This document shows, piece after piece, positions 22,078 through 34,974 of a stretch of DNA of 64,000 nt. A model generated the notes under the pieces. The model saw nothing but the letters and a program-made list of their open reading frames with translations. It made no database searches and was not told where the DNA came from. This DNA comes from Chrysemys picta bellii (taxonomy: Eukaryota). The number at the start of each line of letters is the position of its first letter. The stretch's first letter is position 1. Location: contig NC_088810.1 of assembly GCF_011386835.1 (NCBI RefSeq), positions 10,354,001 through 10,418,000 on the forward strand, read 5' to 3'. The translations under genes and the position numbers were made by a program.

Positions 22078-23298
22078 GGTCGGCTTTAGGCCGATTCAAC
22101 TGAGTCCCCTGAATCAGGCCCCACGCCCAAGCCCCGGTACGGCGTACCGAGTGGCCTGGCTTCCCCAGGGGGCAATTTAAAGGGCCTGGGGCTTTGGAGC
22201 CCCAGGCCCTTTAATAGCCCCCAGAGCCCTGGGATAGCGGGGGGCTCAGGGGATATTTAAAGGGCCAGGGCTCCAGCTGCCTCTACTGCACCCCCTGCCC
22301 ACACCACCCCGCACCCCTGCCCTGCCCGCAGCCAGCCAGCCCCACACATGTCCCAGCCCCACACCCCCTGCCCTGCCCGCAGCCAGCGCCTGTCTACAGC
22401 CAGCCCCACACCCCCTGCCTGCAGCCAGCACCTGCTCCATCCCCTGCCCTGCTTCCAGCCCTGCACCCCCTGCCCTGCCTGCAGCCAGCCCCTGCCGCAC
22501 CCCCTGCCCTGTCTCCTGCCAACCCCTGCCGCACCCCCCTGCGGCCCTGCCCGAAGCCAGCCAGCCCCACACACACCCCTGCCCGCCCCAGCCCCTCACC
22601 CCCTGCCCTGTCTCCAGCAAACCCCTGCCGCACCCCCGTGCCTGAAGCCAGCCAGTCCCGCACTCCTCTGTCTCCAGCCCAGCCAACCCCTGCCGCACCC
22701 CTCTGCGGCCCTGCCTGAAGCCAGCCAGCCCGCCCCATACCCCCCTGTCTCCAGCCAGCCCCGCACTCCTTGCCCTGCCTGCAGCCAGACCCTACCTCCA
22801 ATCAGCCTGCCCTGCCTCCAGCCAGCCCCATGTCCACTGGTGCCCTGCAGTTCCCAGGGCAGGAACCCTGCACACCTGCTTCAATGAGGGGGGCAGGGAG
22901 CAGCTGGGACCCACACATGTGCACACCACTAGGGTGACCAGACAGCAAGTGTGAAAAAACAGAACGGGGTGGGGGGTAATAGGAGTCTATATAAGAAAGA
23001 GACCCAAAAATTGGGACTGTCCCTATAAAATCGGGACATCTGGTCACCCTAGGACACCCCCAGGGAGTGGTGGGGACCCACACATGCGAAATGGAGCTCA
23101 TTAATAACCGATCAACAGCATATATAACACAATGTACAGAATAGATAATTTCATTATTTATATAGTTATGGAAAGTAAATAATACATGGAAGAAATGAAA
23201 GGCTTTTTTTTACATGTTTTTTTTTTCTTCTAGTCATCCCTGCTGGGGCCCCGCCAAAAATGTTCGAATTAGGCCCCGCACTTCCTAAAGCCGGCCCT
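22078..23298. mobile_element. Composite MITE with degenerate C-rich tandem repeats and a nested hAT MITE at 22930-23051
   Basis: Termini ggtcggctttagg / cctaaagccggccctg; its 3' part matches window positions 1-50 and 640-971. Confidence 0.7.
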
Positions 23299-23405
23299 GT
23301 GTGTGTGTGTGGTTTGCACCTGCCCTGCCCTGCCTGCTGCCCGCTTCCCTGGTCCAGGGACCTTATCCCTCCCCGTCCCCTATCCCCCCCAGGGCTCCCT
23401 GGGGC

Positions 23406-24698
23406 TAGGGTTACCATATTTAAAAAATAAAAAAAGAGGACACTCCATTGGGCCCTGGTCCCGCCCCTTTCCCACCCCCGGCCCCGCCCCAACTCCGCCC
23501 ATTCCCCGCTCATTCCCCAAAGTCCCCGCCCTAACTCCCCCTCCTCCCTCCCAGCCACGCGAAAAGGGCTGCCCAAGCGCTACCGGCTTCAGGGTTTGCC
23601 GGGCAGCCTCCAGACCCTGCGCCTCCAGCCGGCGCTTCCTCAGCGCAGCTGGAGCCTGGGAGAGGAAGCGCCCAGCCGGGGGCGCAGGGTCTGGAGGCTG
23701 CCCGGCAAACCCTGAAGCCGGTAGCGCTCGGGCTTTGGGCAGCCCCCTTGCCTCCAGACCCTGCGCCCCCGGCCAGGCACTTTCCCTCCCGGGCTCCAGC
23801 TGCTCCGCTCCTCCCCTGACTCTTTGGCTCTGTTTAAGAGCCAAGCTGCCCGAGCCAGCGCTACCGGCTTCGGGCAGCCCCCTTGCCTCCAGACCCTGCG
23901 CCGCCGGAGCAGAGCAGCTGGAGCCCGGGAAGGGAAGTGCCCGGCCGGCGGCTTGGGGTCCGGAGGCAAGGGGGGCTGCCCGAAGCCGGTAGCGCTGGCT
24001 CGGGCAGCTTGGCTCTTAAACAGAGCCGAAGTCTGAGTCAGGGGAGGAGCAGAGCAGCCGCGGGAGAGGAAGTGCCCGTCCGGTATTTTTCCCGGACATG
24101 TTCGGCTTTTTGGCAATTCCCCCCGGACGGGGGTTTGAGTGCCAAAAGCCGGACATGTCCGGGAAAAAACGGACGTATGGTAACCCTACGTGACTGGTGC
24201 CCGGGGCCGGGGGCGCAGCTCCAGCCCCAGGGGGACGCAAATCTGGACAGTGCCGGCTCCCCGCAACGTGCTGGCGTCCACAACCCCCCGGCGGCGCTCC
24301 CCAGCCCGGCGCTGGCTGCCGAGCGGCGCCCAGAGACACCCCCAACCCAAAGGACAGGGGCCCGCGCCCCCCCCCCTCCGACAGCTTGCTGCCTCACAGG
24401 GGCAGGTTGGTCGCGTCGCAGGGGCCGCTGGGAGTTGTAGTTCTCGGCCGCTCCCCTCTCCCGGCTCTCCCTGGAGCGTGAGGCCCGGCCGGACTACAGC
24501 TCCCAGCATGCCCTGGGCAGGAGCCGCGTGTTGCACTGAGATGATGTCACAGCGGGCGACCCACACACACAAATTCGGAGAGCCTAGCCTCCCTATCTCC
24601 CCGGACATGTTCGGCTTTTTGGCAATTCCCCCCGGACGGGGATTTGGGGACCAAAAAGCCAGACATGTCCGGGGAAATCCGGACGTATGGTAACCCTA
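23406..24698. mobile_element. GC-rich hAT-like element(s) with two right-hand termini
   Basis: tagggttacc at 23406; the ~120 bp terminus ending atggtaacccta occurs twice (ending 24188 and 24698); internal direct and inverted repeats. Confidence 0.6.
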
Positions 24699-25409
24699 GG
24701 CTGAGGTGACACAGGGAGACTGCGGCAGAGCCAGGAACTGACCCCAGAACTGCCAAGGCCTAGTCCAGTCACCCTCCATTAACCAGTCCTCCCTGGCCTT
24801 GGCTGTATTCTGCCAGTTCCCCGCTCCAACCGTTCTCCCTCTACCCCTGCGCAGGGTCCTCATCACACTCAAAGAATTTAATTTTCAGTTTCTGTTTTCA
24901 GGAAATGAGCAGTGTTTGTGAAAAAGGGCCTGGGAGTGGCAGGTGTTAAGTAAACACCACAGATCAGATAAAGGCAGAGATACCCTTTCATGCCTAAGGG
25001 CATGGCTACACTTGCGAGTTACAGTGCATTAAAGCAGCCCTGGGCGCCCTAACTCATGACACGTCCACACTGGCAAGGCACGTAGAGCGCCCGGACTCCG
25101 TGGCTAGAGCACTCCTGGTACTCCACCTTGGCGAGTGGAATGACGTGTGATACGGCCCCGCTGGAGCGCCGCGGCACCAGTGTGGACGCCCTGGTCTGTT
25201 AATGTGCTCCGATCGGCCTCCAGAAGTGTCCCACAATGCCTGTTCTAGCCACTCTGGTCATCAGTTTGAACTCTATTGCCCTGCCCTCAGGTGACCAACT
25301 GTCAGACCTGCCCTTTAAATTTTCTGGGAATTTTGAAAATCCCCTTCCTGTTTGCTCAGCCAGGTGTGGCGTGGAGTGGAGTGCTCTCAGCGAATCTTTC
25401 CAGGTGACC

Positions 25410-27260
25410 ATGCCTCCATGCGCTAGGCGATCCCCAGCATGGAGCAATGGCGAGGTGCTGGACCTCATCAGTGTTTGGGGGGAGGAAGCTGTCCAGTCCC
25501 AGCTGCGCTCCAGCCGTAGGAATTACCGTACCTTCGGGCAGATATCAAGGGACATGATGGAAAGGGGCCATGACCGGGACACACTGCAGTGCAGGGTTGA
25601 AGTGAAGGAGCTGCGGAATGCCTACTACAAAGCCCGCTAGGCAAACAGCCGCTCCGGTGGTGCCCCCATGACCTGCTGTTTCTACAAAGAGCTGGACGCG
25701 ATACTTGGGGGCGACCCCACCTCCACTCCGAGTACCACCATGGACACTTCAGAGCCCAGTTCAACAAGGCAGGAGGAGGAGGGGCAGCAAAGTGGGAGCA
25801 AGGGTGTTGAGGCAGAGGAAGCCATCCCGGCATCCCTAGATGCATGTCGCCAGGAGCTGTTCTCAAGCCAGGAGGAAGGTAGCCAGTCGTGGCGAGCGGT
25901 GCTTGGGGAAGGACAAACACCAGAGGAGGTTCTCGGTAATCGGCTTTTATTTGAGGAAGGAAGTTATTTGGTGCGGGTTTTTGAGGCGAGGATGGTTAGG
26001 GCTGTATGCATGCCAAGATGCAGAATAGGGCGTTGATGTGCTCTCTCACATCGCGGTAATCGGCCCCAGTGATCTCTTCAAAGATCGCAGCCAGAACTTG
26101 GGCTTATACTGTCGTCCTTGTTCCAGTCAGGCTAACATGTCCGTGCCACTGTGCCGTGAGGGGTGGGGGGACCGTTGCTGCACACAGGGAAGCTGCATAA
26201 GGGCCAGGGCGGAAGCCGCATTGCAGTAGAAGACCCTCCCTTGCTTCCCAGGTCACCCTCAGCAGCGAGATATCGTCCAGGACGAACTCCTGTGGAAAAT
26301 GTGGGGACAGTGTTCAGTATAGGGGCTCTCTGCAGCTGTTGGCTCTCCCCAAGGCACAGAAACCTAGAGGACAGTACGTCCGTGAAACAATCAGTCCCCC
26401 TTGACGCTGTGCTTACTCACCATTTTGGGGCTCCTGTGGGTTATGTGCGCTCACTTTGGGATGGGCAAATTATGCTATTGTGTAGCCTGTGCTTGCCCTC
26501 CTTAAGTACGGGGGAATCAGTACTCTGTCTGGTGTGAACAATGCTGCCTCTGTTAAGTGTTGCATTTTACCTTTACAGATGCAAACTTGAGATCTCAGCC
26601 GTCCGTGTTATCACCGGCCAAAAGGCTGCAAAGACTCAGGAAGAGGCCACGTAGAAGCAAAGACGACCTGCTGCATGAAGTAATGCAGCCGTCACTTAAC
26701 GAGAATCTAAAAGCACAGGAGTGGAGGGAGAGTGAAAGGAGGATCCACCAGCAGAATGTGGATCGCCAGCACAAAAGCGCAGAGCTCTGGCAGCAAAACA
26801 CAGATCAGCTGATAAGGGATAGCTCAGTGGTTTGAGCATTGACCTGCTTAAACCCAGGGTTGTGAGTTCATTCCTTGAGGGGGCCACTTAGGGATCTGGG
26901 GCAAAAATCAGTACTTGGTCCTGCTAGTGAAGGCAGGGGGCTGGACTTGATGACCCTTTGGGGTCCCTTCCAGCCCTATGAGATTGGTATATCTCCATAT
27001 TTAAATTTATCATGGAGCGCCAAGTGGACTCGATCCAGGCACTCGTAGCCACGCAGGCAGAGCACTACCGCCCCCCCTCCTCCTGCAGTCGTTGTCCTTT
27101 CCCTTGTGCCCCCATGTCACCTCCAACCCACTTTCCCGAACATCCGAGTTCTTATCGCCACCAGCTGCCTCCATCACTTATAGCGTCAGCCCTCAGCCCT
27201 GAAAAATACGATCCTTACCCTCTGCATTCAACCCCCATCACCGTGCAGTATGGCCATCCT
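25410..27260 (+). pseudogene. Harbinger Myb/SANT-like DNA-binding protein gene (disrupted)
   Basis: MPP..AWSNGEVLDLISVWGEEAVQSQL...LQCRVEVKELR; in-frame TAG at 25638 and the frame resumes (FYKELDAILGGDP); probable intron ~25937-26578; SINE insertion at ~26816. Confidence 0.85.
26816..27005 (+). mobile_element. tRNA-derived SINE inserted in the Harbinger Myb gene
   Basis: gggatagctcagtggtttgagcatt...ggtatatctccata. Confidence 0.88.
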
Positions 27261-27526
27261 GAAGTGCAGCACTCCAGACAGGACATACGCAAATGTGTGA
27301 TTGTACAGTTCCCCTCCCCACCCCCGTTGCCCTTTCTGTTTTCCAAGCAGTTGTGTTTCTTTTCAATAAATGGATTTTTTGGCTTTGAAAACATTCTTTA
27401 TTATTGCATAAAGTAAAAGATCCCTGAGCCCAGGAAAGCAACAGGCACTGCAAGTCAGCGTTGCAAACACAGATTCCTACTAACATTGGAACCATTGCAC
27501 TTCACTCCCGTGCAGGGCACTAGACA

Positions 27527-28771
27527 TTACTGGGGGCTTTCAGCCTCAAATTGCTCCCTCAAGGCACCCCTAATCCTTGCAGCCCCGCGCTGGGCCCCTG
27601 TAATAGCCCTGCTCTCTGCCTGTTCAAATTCAGCCTCCAGGTGTTGAACCTCCGAAGTCCATGCCTGAGTGAAGCTTTCACCCTTCCCTTCACAAATATT
27701 ATGGAGGGTACAGCACGCGGATATAACCATGGGGATGTTGTCATCGGCCAGGTCCAGCTTCCCATTCAGAGAGCACCAGCGGCCCTTTAAACGGCCAAAG
27801 GCACACTCCACAGTCATTCAGCACCGGCTCAGCCTGTTGAACCGCTCCTTGCTGCTGTCAAGGCTCCCTATGCAGGGTTTCATGAGCCACAGCATTAAAG
27901 GGTAAGCGGGGTCTCCCAGGATCACAATGGGCATTTCGACTTCCCCTACAGTGATCTTCCGCTCTGGGAAAAAAGTCCCGGCCTGCAGCTTCCTGAACAG
28001 CCAAGTGTTCCGAAAGATGCGTGAGTCATGCACCTTTCCAGACCAGCCTGCGTCAATGTCAATGAAATGCCCACGATGATCTACAAGCGCCTGGAGAACC
28101 ATAGAGAAATACCCCTTCCGATTAACGTACTCAGATCCTAGGTGGGGTGGTGCCAGAATAGGAATGTGAGTCCCATCTATCGGTCCTCCGCAGTTAGGGA
28201 ACCCCATTTGTGCAAAGCCAGCCACAATGTCCTGCACGTTGCCCAGAGTCACGGTTCTTCTGAGCAGGATGCGATTAATGGCCCTGCAAACTTGCATCAA
28301 CACGATTCCAACGGTCGACTTTCCCACTCCAAACTGGTTAGCGACCGACCGGTAGCTGTCTGGAGTTGCCAGCTTCCAGATTGCAATAGCCACCTGCTTC
28401 TCCACCGTCAGGGCAGCTCTCAATCTCATGTCCTTGCACCGCAGGGGGGGGTGAGCTCCTCACACAGTCCTATGAATGTGGCTTTCCTCATCCAAAAGTT
28501 CTGCAGCTACAGCGTGTCATCCCAGACTTGCAGGACAATGTGATCCCACCACTCAGTGTTTCTTTCCTGAGCCCAAAAGCGGCGTTCCACGGTGGTGAGT
28601 ATGTCCGTGAATGCCACAATGCCATGAATGCCACGTGTCGTATGCATTACTCGAGTCGATATCATCGTCGGAGTCCTCACTGTCCGTTTGGATCGTAAGG
28701 AGTAACTCCACTGCCAAACGCGAGATGCTGGTGAAACTCGTTAGCATATTCCTCAGCAGTTCGGGCTCCAT
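27527..28771 (-). pseudogene. Harbinger (HARBI1-like) DDE transposase, frameshifted
   Basis: IDGTHIP, GDPAYPL and VECAFGRLKGRW motifs split over several frames. Confidence 0.9.
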
Positions 28772-29896
28772 TCCCACAGACCGAAAGGGAAGACAGAGCG
28801 GGCAGCACAAAAAACATTGAAAGATGGCGCCAAATGTGGACAGAAGCAGAGGGATTCCTGGGATGTGAACCGATGCATCATGGGGCGTTGGGACAGGACC
28901 CAGAATGCCCTGCACACCCCGCACCCATCCCACAACCCACGGCGCCAGAATGGGAAGAGGTGCTCTGTGGGATAGCTGTCCATAATGCACCGCTCCCAAT
29001 GCCGCTGCAAGTGCCGCAAATGTGGCCACGCCAGTGCGCTGTCAGCTGTCAGTGTGGACAGACTGCAGCGCTTTCCCTACTGTGCTGTACGAAGGCTGGT
29101 TTAACTCAAAGCGCTCTACATCTGCAAGTGTGCCCATGCCCTAACACAGCAGAGCAAGTATCAATGGAGCAGAGGGGACCGGCATTGGGTGCTTCTACCA
29201 CAGCATCCAAAAGTGAAGCCAGGCCCTGGGATCCTGCCAGCCACCTCGCCCTGGGATGCTGCTGCAGACACAGGAGGGGGAGGCCGGGCAGGGGAGATCA
29301 CAGGGGGAAGGGGAGCACCGTCTGCACTGCCCCATAGCCCTGTGATGAGCTCGCTCCCGCAGCACTGAGCTCTGTGTTTCCTGGCTTCTCCCTTGTAACT
29401 CACAACCTCGGCTCCTGCATTTAGTTTGTGAGGGTTTGGGGGCGGGAGGGAAAAACTGGGAAACTCACCAATAAATGGCACCATGACACGATTCCTGGAG
29501 CTCTGGGCTGCGTCCAGTAAGCTCCGCCGTGGGGCCCCTCGGCGCTGGCCCCTCCCTTACCTGCCCCAGTGACACATGGGGGGGACGTCACAGAGTGAGC
29601 ACTTCGGGGGTCTGGATCGGTGCCGCCTTTGGAGTAACTGGGGGATTCTCCCAAGCAGGACGATGGAGCCAGGGATCAGCATCTCCTCCCCAGCCAGGCT
29701 CAACTCACCCTGCCCAGCCCTAAAAAAGCATTGGGACCTGCTCCCTACTTCTGTATAGAATTCAAACCCAGCCCCTGTTCTGCGGGCCACCCAGTCCCTC
29801 CATTGCTCATATCTGCCCCCACCCCAAGTGCTGTCTGTGGGAGGGGGAGGGATTGTATTATTTTAGATTGAATAAATGGGCCCAAAGAGTCAAAGG

Positions 29897-31530
29897 TGTT
29901 ACCTGACCCTGTCGCTGTCCAACATTAAACATTGTTATACCAGGTTCGGGGTTTGGTGTCCAGAGACCTCAGCCCGCTTAGTGCCATGGCAAACACTGTG
30001 TCAAAGTCATGCCAAAGGTGAGAAATTTATTAACTGAAACACAGGAAAGCAAAAGAAAACAAAGCAAAAATGTTGAAACTGGAATTGAGCGATTGTCTAA
30101 AAAAAAACCAATCAAAACCTACAGGAGTCTCATTTAGAACGGGGTGAATACTGGTGAAAGTCTCTTATTCTTTCAAACAGTCTGTCTTGGTGGGAAGAAA
30201 GGGTTAGTTCTGTTGTTCCATTCTGAGTTGGGAAGGACAGTCAGACTCAGAAGGGGGAGAAGAGATGGGGTAGTGAAGAAGGGGAAATGCGGCTTTTGTT
30301 GGGGTTCTCAGGACACAGGGCGGCTCATCAGTCCTGGGTGGACGCTTTGGGCTGGCCACTTTGGGCTGGCAGGTCAGCCATGACAGCGGTTGCTTTGGTC
30401 CCTGGCTCACCTCCTTGAACAGGGTCATCATCTGGTTTGTTTGGTCCTGTCCCTCTCCTTCACTGGTTCTTCTCAGGCCAGGCCGAGCTGGATGGGCCGT
30501 CTCATCTCGCTGTGCTGGTTCTGTGCAGTGCAGTTGGTTTCAGGATCAGGTGAAAAGCCAAAAGAGAGAGTGAGAGATGAGAGGCGGGAGATAGTGGAGG
30601 GTGGAAAGGAACACCAAAGGCAGGGGAAGACGCAGCAGGATCTCACACATATCAGGTATTTATACTGAACCTGTGATTGAGTGATAACAACAAAACAAAC
30701 TTAATTAAAATCTTTCCCCTTTTGGAGGCAAATTATCAGTCTTTTATTTATTTATTTTTCCTTTATTCGGGGGGAGGGATAGCTCAGTGGTTTGCGCATT
30801 GGCCTGCTTAAACCCAGGGTTATGAGTTCAATCCTTGAGGGGGCCATTTAGGGATCTGGGGCAAAAATCTGTCAGGGACAGTACTTAGTCCTGCTGTGAA
30901 GGCAGGAGACTGGACTCAATGACCTTTCAAGGTCCCTTCCAGCTCTAAGAGATATGGTATATCTCCATATATTATTATTTATTTTCAAAACCACATTTTT
31001 GATGAAAAGGAAAGCATTAATTTTACACTCGATCTTGGTGTGTAGAGGACATTTACTTATCCTGTTGTCAACAAACAGACAGACACAAGAGGGAGGTGAG
31101 GTGGGATAGAAAAGACAGGTCTAATATGGCTTTAATTGATGTTTTTTGGAACTTTTGGCAGCTGGCCAATTATGAGTGGATGCTTTGGCTGGCAAGTCAA
31201 CCATGACACCTGTGACTTTTATTCTGGTTCACAGTCTGGTCAGGATTGTCATCTGATTGGATCCTTTCTCCTTGGACAAGGCCGGCTTGGATGAATACAG
31301 CATCGATAACTTCAGAATTCAATCAAAAGGCAAGAGAGTGAGATAGCATGGGAGAAAAGAAACAGGGGGCAGAAAGTAACACAACAAGGGAAGAGAAAAC
31401 AATACAGGAACGTATGTGCCTGTGTAATGCTGGCAATAAGATATCCCCACGTATGGACTGGGCACCGGAGGACCTGATGATGTGATGATTTTCAGGATAC
31501 ACAGGTAAAAACGAAGTTCCTTGCAGACAG
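29897..31530 (-). mobile_element. LTR/ERV-like non-coding repeat containing a SINE at 30769-30980
   Basis: tgtta terminus and composition; SINE with clear A and B boxes; boundaries uncertain. Confidence 0.35.
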
Positions 31531-31554
31531 GTCGATGGAGGAGCTAGGGGAAAG

Positions 31555-31800
31555 ATGATGGAGATATGTCAGCAGGTCACAGAACAGGCCACCCAAATAC
31601 CCCAAGAGAACAGAAATAAAACACCCCTAATTGTCACCTACCACCTTGCACTGGAACCCATATGTGGTATCATCAAACCACTACAACCCACACTACATGA
31701 GGACCCCATCCTGAAAGACATCTTTCCCAACCCCCCACTTCCAGCCTTCAAACAACCCCCCAGCCTCTCCAAGTTCAAAATCAGATGTAAGCTTCCCACA
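31555..31800 (+). mobile_element. Penelope-like retroelement fragment
   Basis: TPLIVTYHLALEPI..IIK.LQP.L..DP.LK.IFP.PPL.AFKQPP is typical of the Penelope RT-to-GIY-YIG linker; its 5' junction is repeated at ~32535-32620. Confidence 0.7.
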
Positions 31801-32235
31801 GACCACTGGCTGGGCCATTTGGTTCCATGGGTGCAGGATCATGGCCAGTATTTGACAATTTTACCATCTGTAAATTGGTGATAATACAGACCAGATTGAC
31901 ATGGGCACTGTGAGGCTAAATTGATTTCTGTGTGTGAAACACTTTGCTATAAGAGGCCCCTGTAAGAAATGTTCCACTTGTGCATCTGTGACAATGGAAA
32001 ACTCATGAGAGGGGTTTGCATTGGAGCAAGGTTTTAGGCCCTCCTCCTGGGGTTGGAGGCTGCCTCTGATGCTCTGTCTGTGGCTTTGGGCAGCTCCACA
32101 CTGGGCATTAATTCTTCTGCCTCACTTTCCTCATCTGTGAACATGGGGTCAATAATAAATGCCTACGTCCCAGAAGGCTGCAAGACTCAAATAGCTAATG
32201 TTAATGATCTGCTTTGAAGATAAAAGTGCTACATA

Positions 32236-32423
32236 CACCTCTACCCCCATATAACGCTGTCCTCAGGAGCCAAAAAATCTTACCACGTTATAGGTGAAAC
32301 CGCGTTATAGCGAACTTGCTTTCATCCGCCAGAGCGCGCAGCCCCGCCCCCCCGGAGCGCTGCTTTATTGCGTTATATCCGAATTCGTGTTATATTGGGT
32401 CGTGTTATATCGGGGTAGAGGTG
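32236..32423. mobile_element. Tigger/Tc1-mariner MITE
   Basis: TIR cacctctaccc / ggggtagaggtg with TA on both sides. Confidence 0.8.
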
Positions 32424-33625
32424 TATCTGCTAACCATGATTGTCATTATGGGAGAGGTGAATATGTCTTCTGACTAGTTATTGAACAAGCCGAGATGAAT
32501 GGAGATGAAATGCAATGCAGACAGGTTGAGGGATGAGCTGGGGGAAAGATGATGGGGATAGAGATATGTCAGCGGGTCATGGAACAGGTCACCCAAACCC
32601 CTAGTGGTCACCTACCACCGCACACTGGAACCTTCAACCCCAGGAGGGCTCCCTGCTGTGTGTTTCAGGTGTACCTCCATCGCAGAGAGATGTCCTACTG
32701 CTCACCCGGGGGGGGGGGGGGTACCCACAGCCGTGTGTTAACAGCTCCATCAACACCTGTTCTACAGGGTGTGGCAGCCCCAGAGCGGTGAGCTACCCTG
32801 CTCCTGCCATTGTGACCTTCGGGGGAGCAACTCTCACCTCCATGTGAAACCCAGCAAGACCATCCCCAGGACAAGGAATAACCAGGCAATGAATAACGGG
32901 ATCCGCTTAGGGGCGTGGCTTTCAGAAGTGCAGAGCACCCACAACTCCAATTGAACTCAATGGGTACTGTGAGTGCTCAGCCCCTCTGTAGCTCTGCCCC
33001 ACACACGTCTTTAACTCTGCCCCCTACGTGTCTTTCCCATGTTACACTTTCCCTCACATTTATGAGTCTTTCCTCTAATGGCTTCCCAGCCAGGGGCTTC
33101 TTCTAGTGTTAACGAGTTAGGCTGAGTCTCATGTCAAGCCAGGCTCCGTTACCCCACACGGCCAATTACTGTGAGCTGCCCCTAAATGACATTTGCACTC
33201 ACTGTAAGGCCCCTCCCACTGCTCCAGTGGGGTCAAGGGGCTTTAGTGTCAATGAGAATCCAGCCGTGTGAGTTGTGGCCTTTCCACGGCTATTTACCGG
33301 GTGTTTCTGGCTTTGAACTTTCTCACAGTGGATGTATAATGGCAAAGCTGCTCGCTCCTCGGCCTATATTTTCATTTGTGGTATTTGACACTGACCGGGG
33401 AGAAATAAGTGTCTCAAAGTGGTTGCAGACAGGTCTTGATTGTGAAAATTCTCAGCAGAAAGAAAGAAAGAAACAAACATCCTGTGTGAAATGCGGCACC
33501 TTGGAGAGGGTGAGGTTTGCTGCCCTCGCACAGAGCTGGGTAGATATTCTCTCCACTCTGCAACGGTTCTCTCTCTAGCTCCACACAGCTTTTCTGGTGC
33601 ACATTAACAATTAGGTCGCATCATA

Positions 33626-33856
33626 GCGCTCGTCTACATTGGCAACGTTAAAGCGCTGCCGTGGTTTGTGTAGTCATGGCAACTCTCTCCCAGGGCTCTA
33701 AAAAAATCACCTCCACGAGGGGCGTAGCTCCCAGCACTGGTGCACTGTCTACACTGGTGCTTTACAGCGCTGAGACTTGCTGCGCTCAGGGGGGTGTTTT
33801 TCACACCCCTGAGTGAGAAACTTGCAGCGCTGCAAAGCGCCAGTGTTGACAAGCCC
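33626..33856. mobile_element. Harbinger-type MITE
   Basis: gctcgtctaca...tgttgacaagccc termini followed by TAA. Confidence 0.6.
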
Positions 33857-34974
33857 TAAGTCTGAGCTTGTGGTTTTCTGTTTGATCCCGTTCTTTACAC
33901 ACCGATATCGCCAAGGCCTTCTCCACAGTAAGACAAAGTAGCCTCTAATTCTGGGTGTCTCCAGCTTTGGGTGCCCACGATGCTCCACCTTGGGTTCTGA
34001 TTTCTTCCCAGGCGCGCTGAGCACCTGCAGGCTCTGTTCCTTCGGGCGGGGCTTTGCCTGCTCAATATTTCAGAACATTAGGTATGAAATGTCCCATGTT
34101 TGCAAGGTCCCAGCTGTGGCAGAGCCTCACCGATAACTGTCCTGCCACTTCCCCCGTAACAATACACGGGACACCTGAGTTCCAGTCACAACATTTCACC
34201 CGCAGCCTTATCCTGCATCTCTCTAAGGAACAACCTGCGTGGAATGGGGTCAGTGGGATTCTCAATATCAGACTTTGCAGGTCTCAAAAACTGCTTATTT
34301 TAACCCCTACAGTAGAGAGTGTCAACTGAACACAAGAGCCAGAAGGGTGCAACCCCTTGGGCTTTAGAGAGCACGGCCCCTTTAAAACCTCGTCCTGAGG
34401 CAGAGGAAGTGCTGGTGTTCCAGGGGGAGGGGTGGAGAGGCCGAGGGACAGGGGCGTGTGGGTCTCTGTAGCTCCAGACAAGAGGCCCTACAACGAACTG
34501 GCTCTCATGTAGCAAAGCAGCCGAGAACTAGCCCGAAGCCCAGGCAGGAAAGGAGGAAGCCTGCCTGTGTAGGGAAGCTTGGTGGACTGTTTGTTGTACT
34601 ATCTAACAGGATGAGAAATGGCTTGATTCAAATCCTATTAAGTTTAGAGAACTTAGATTGGGGTTTTGTTTTAGTTCTTATGGTGATCTACTTTGATCTC
34701 TATGCTATTATTTATAATCGCTTAAAATCTACCTTTCTGTAGTGAATACGTCTGTTTCATATTTTTTTACCAAAAACACTGTGGTTTGCTCAGGGGCGGC
34801 TCTTTGGTTTTTGCTGCCCCGAGCACGGCAGTCAGGCGGCGTTCAGCGGCATGCCTGCTGGAAGTCCACTGGTCACGCGGATTCGGCGGCATTTCTGCGG
34901 TTGATCTGCCGGTCCCCCGCCTTCGGCCTACCCACCGCCGAATTGCTGCCGAAGCCGCGGGACCAGCGGACCTC

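Larger units (their letters stand above)
24998..29141. mobile_element. Full-length but decayed PIF/Harbinger DNA transposon
   Basis: TIRs gggcatggctacacttgc / gcaagtgtgcccatgccc; TAA TSD at 24995-24997 and 29142-29144; two convergent genes. Confidence 0.93.

Noticed and set aside
22246-24700. Many 100-230 aa Pro/Gly/Ala-rich ORFs (also 3086-3716, 54210-55503, 56755-57500, 61296-63154)
   Set aside because: They arise from GC-rich repeats or MITE interiors, are open on both strands and have no recognisable domains
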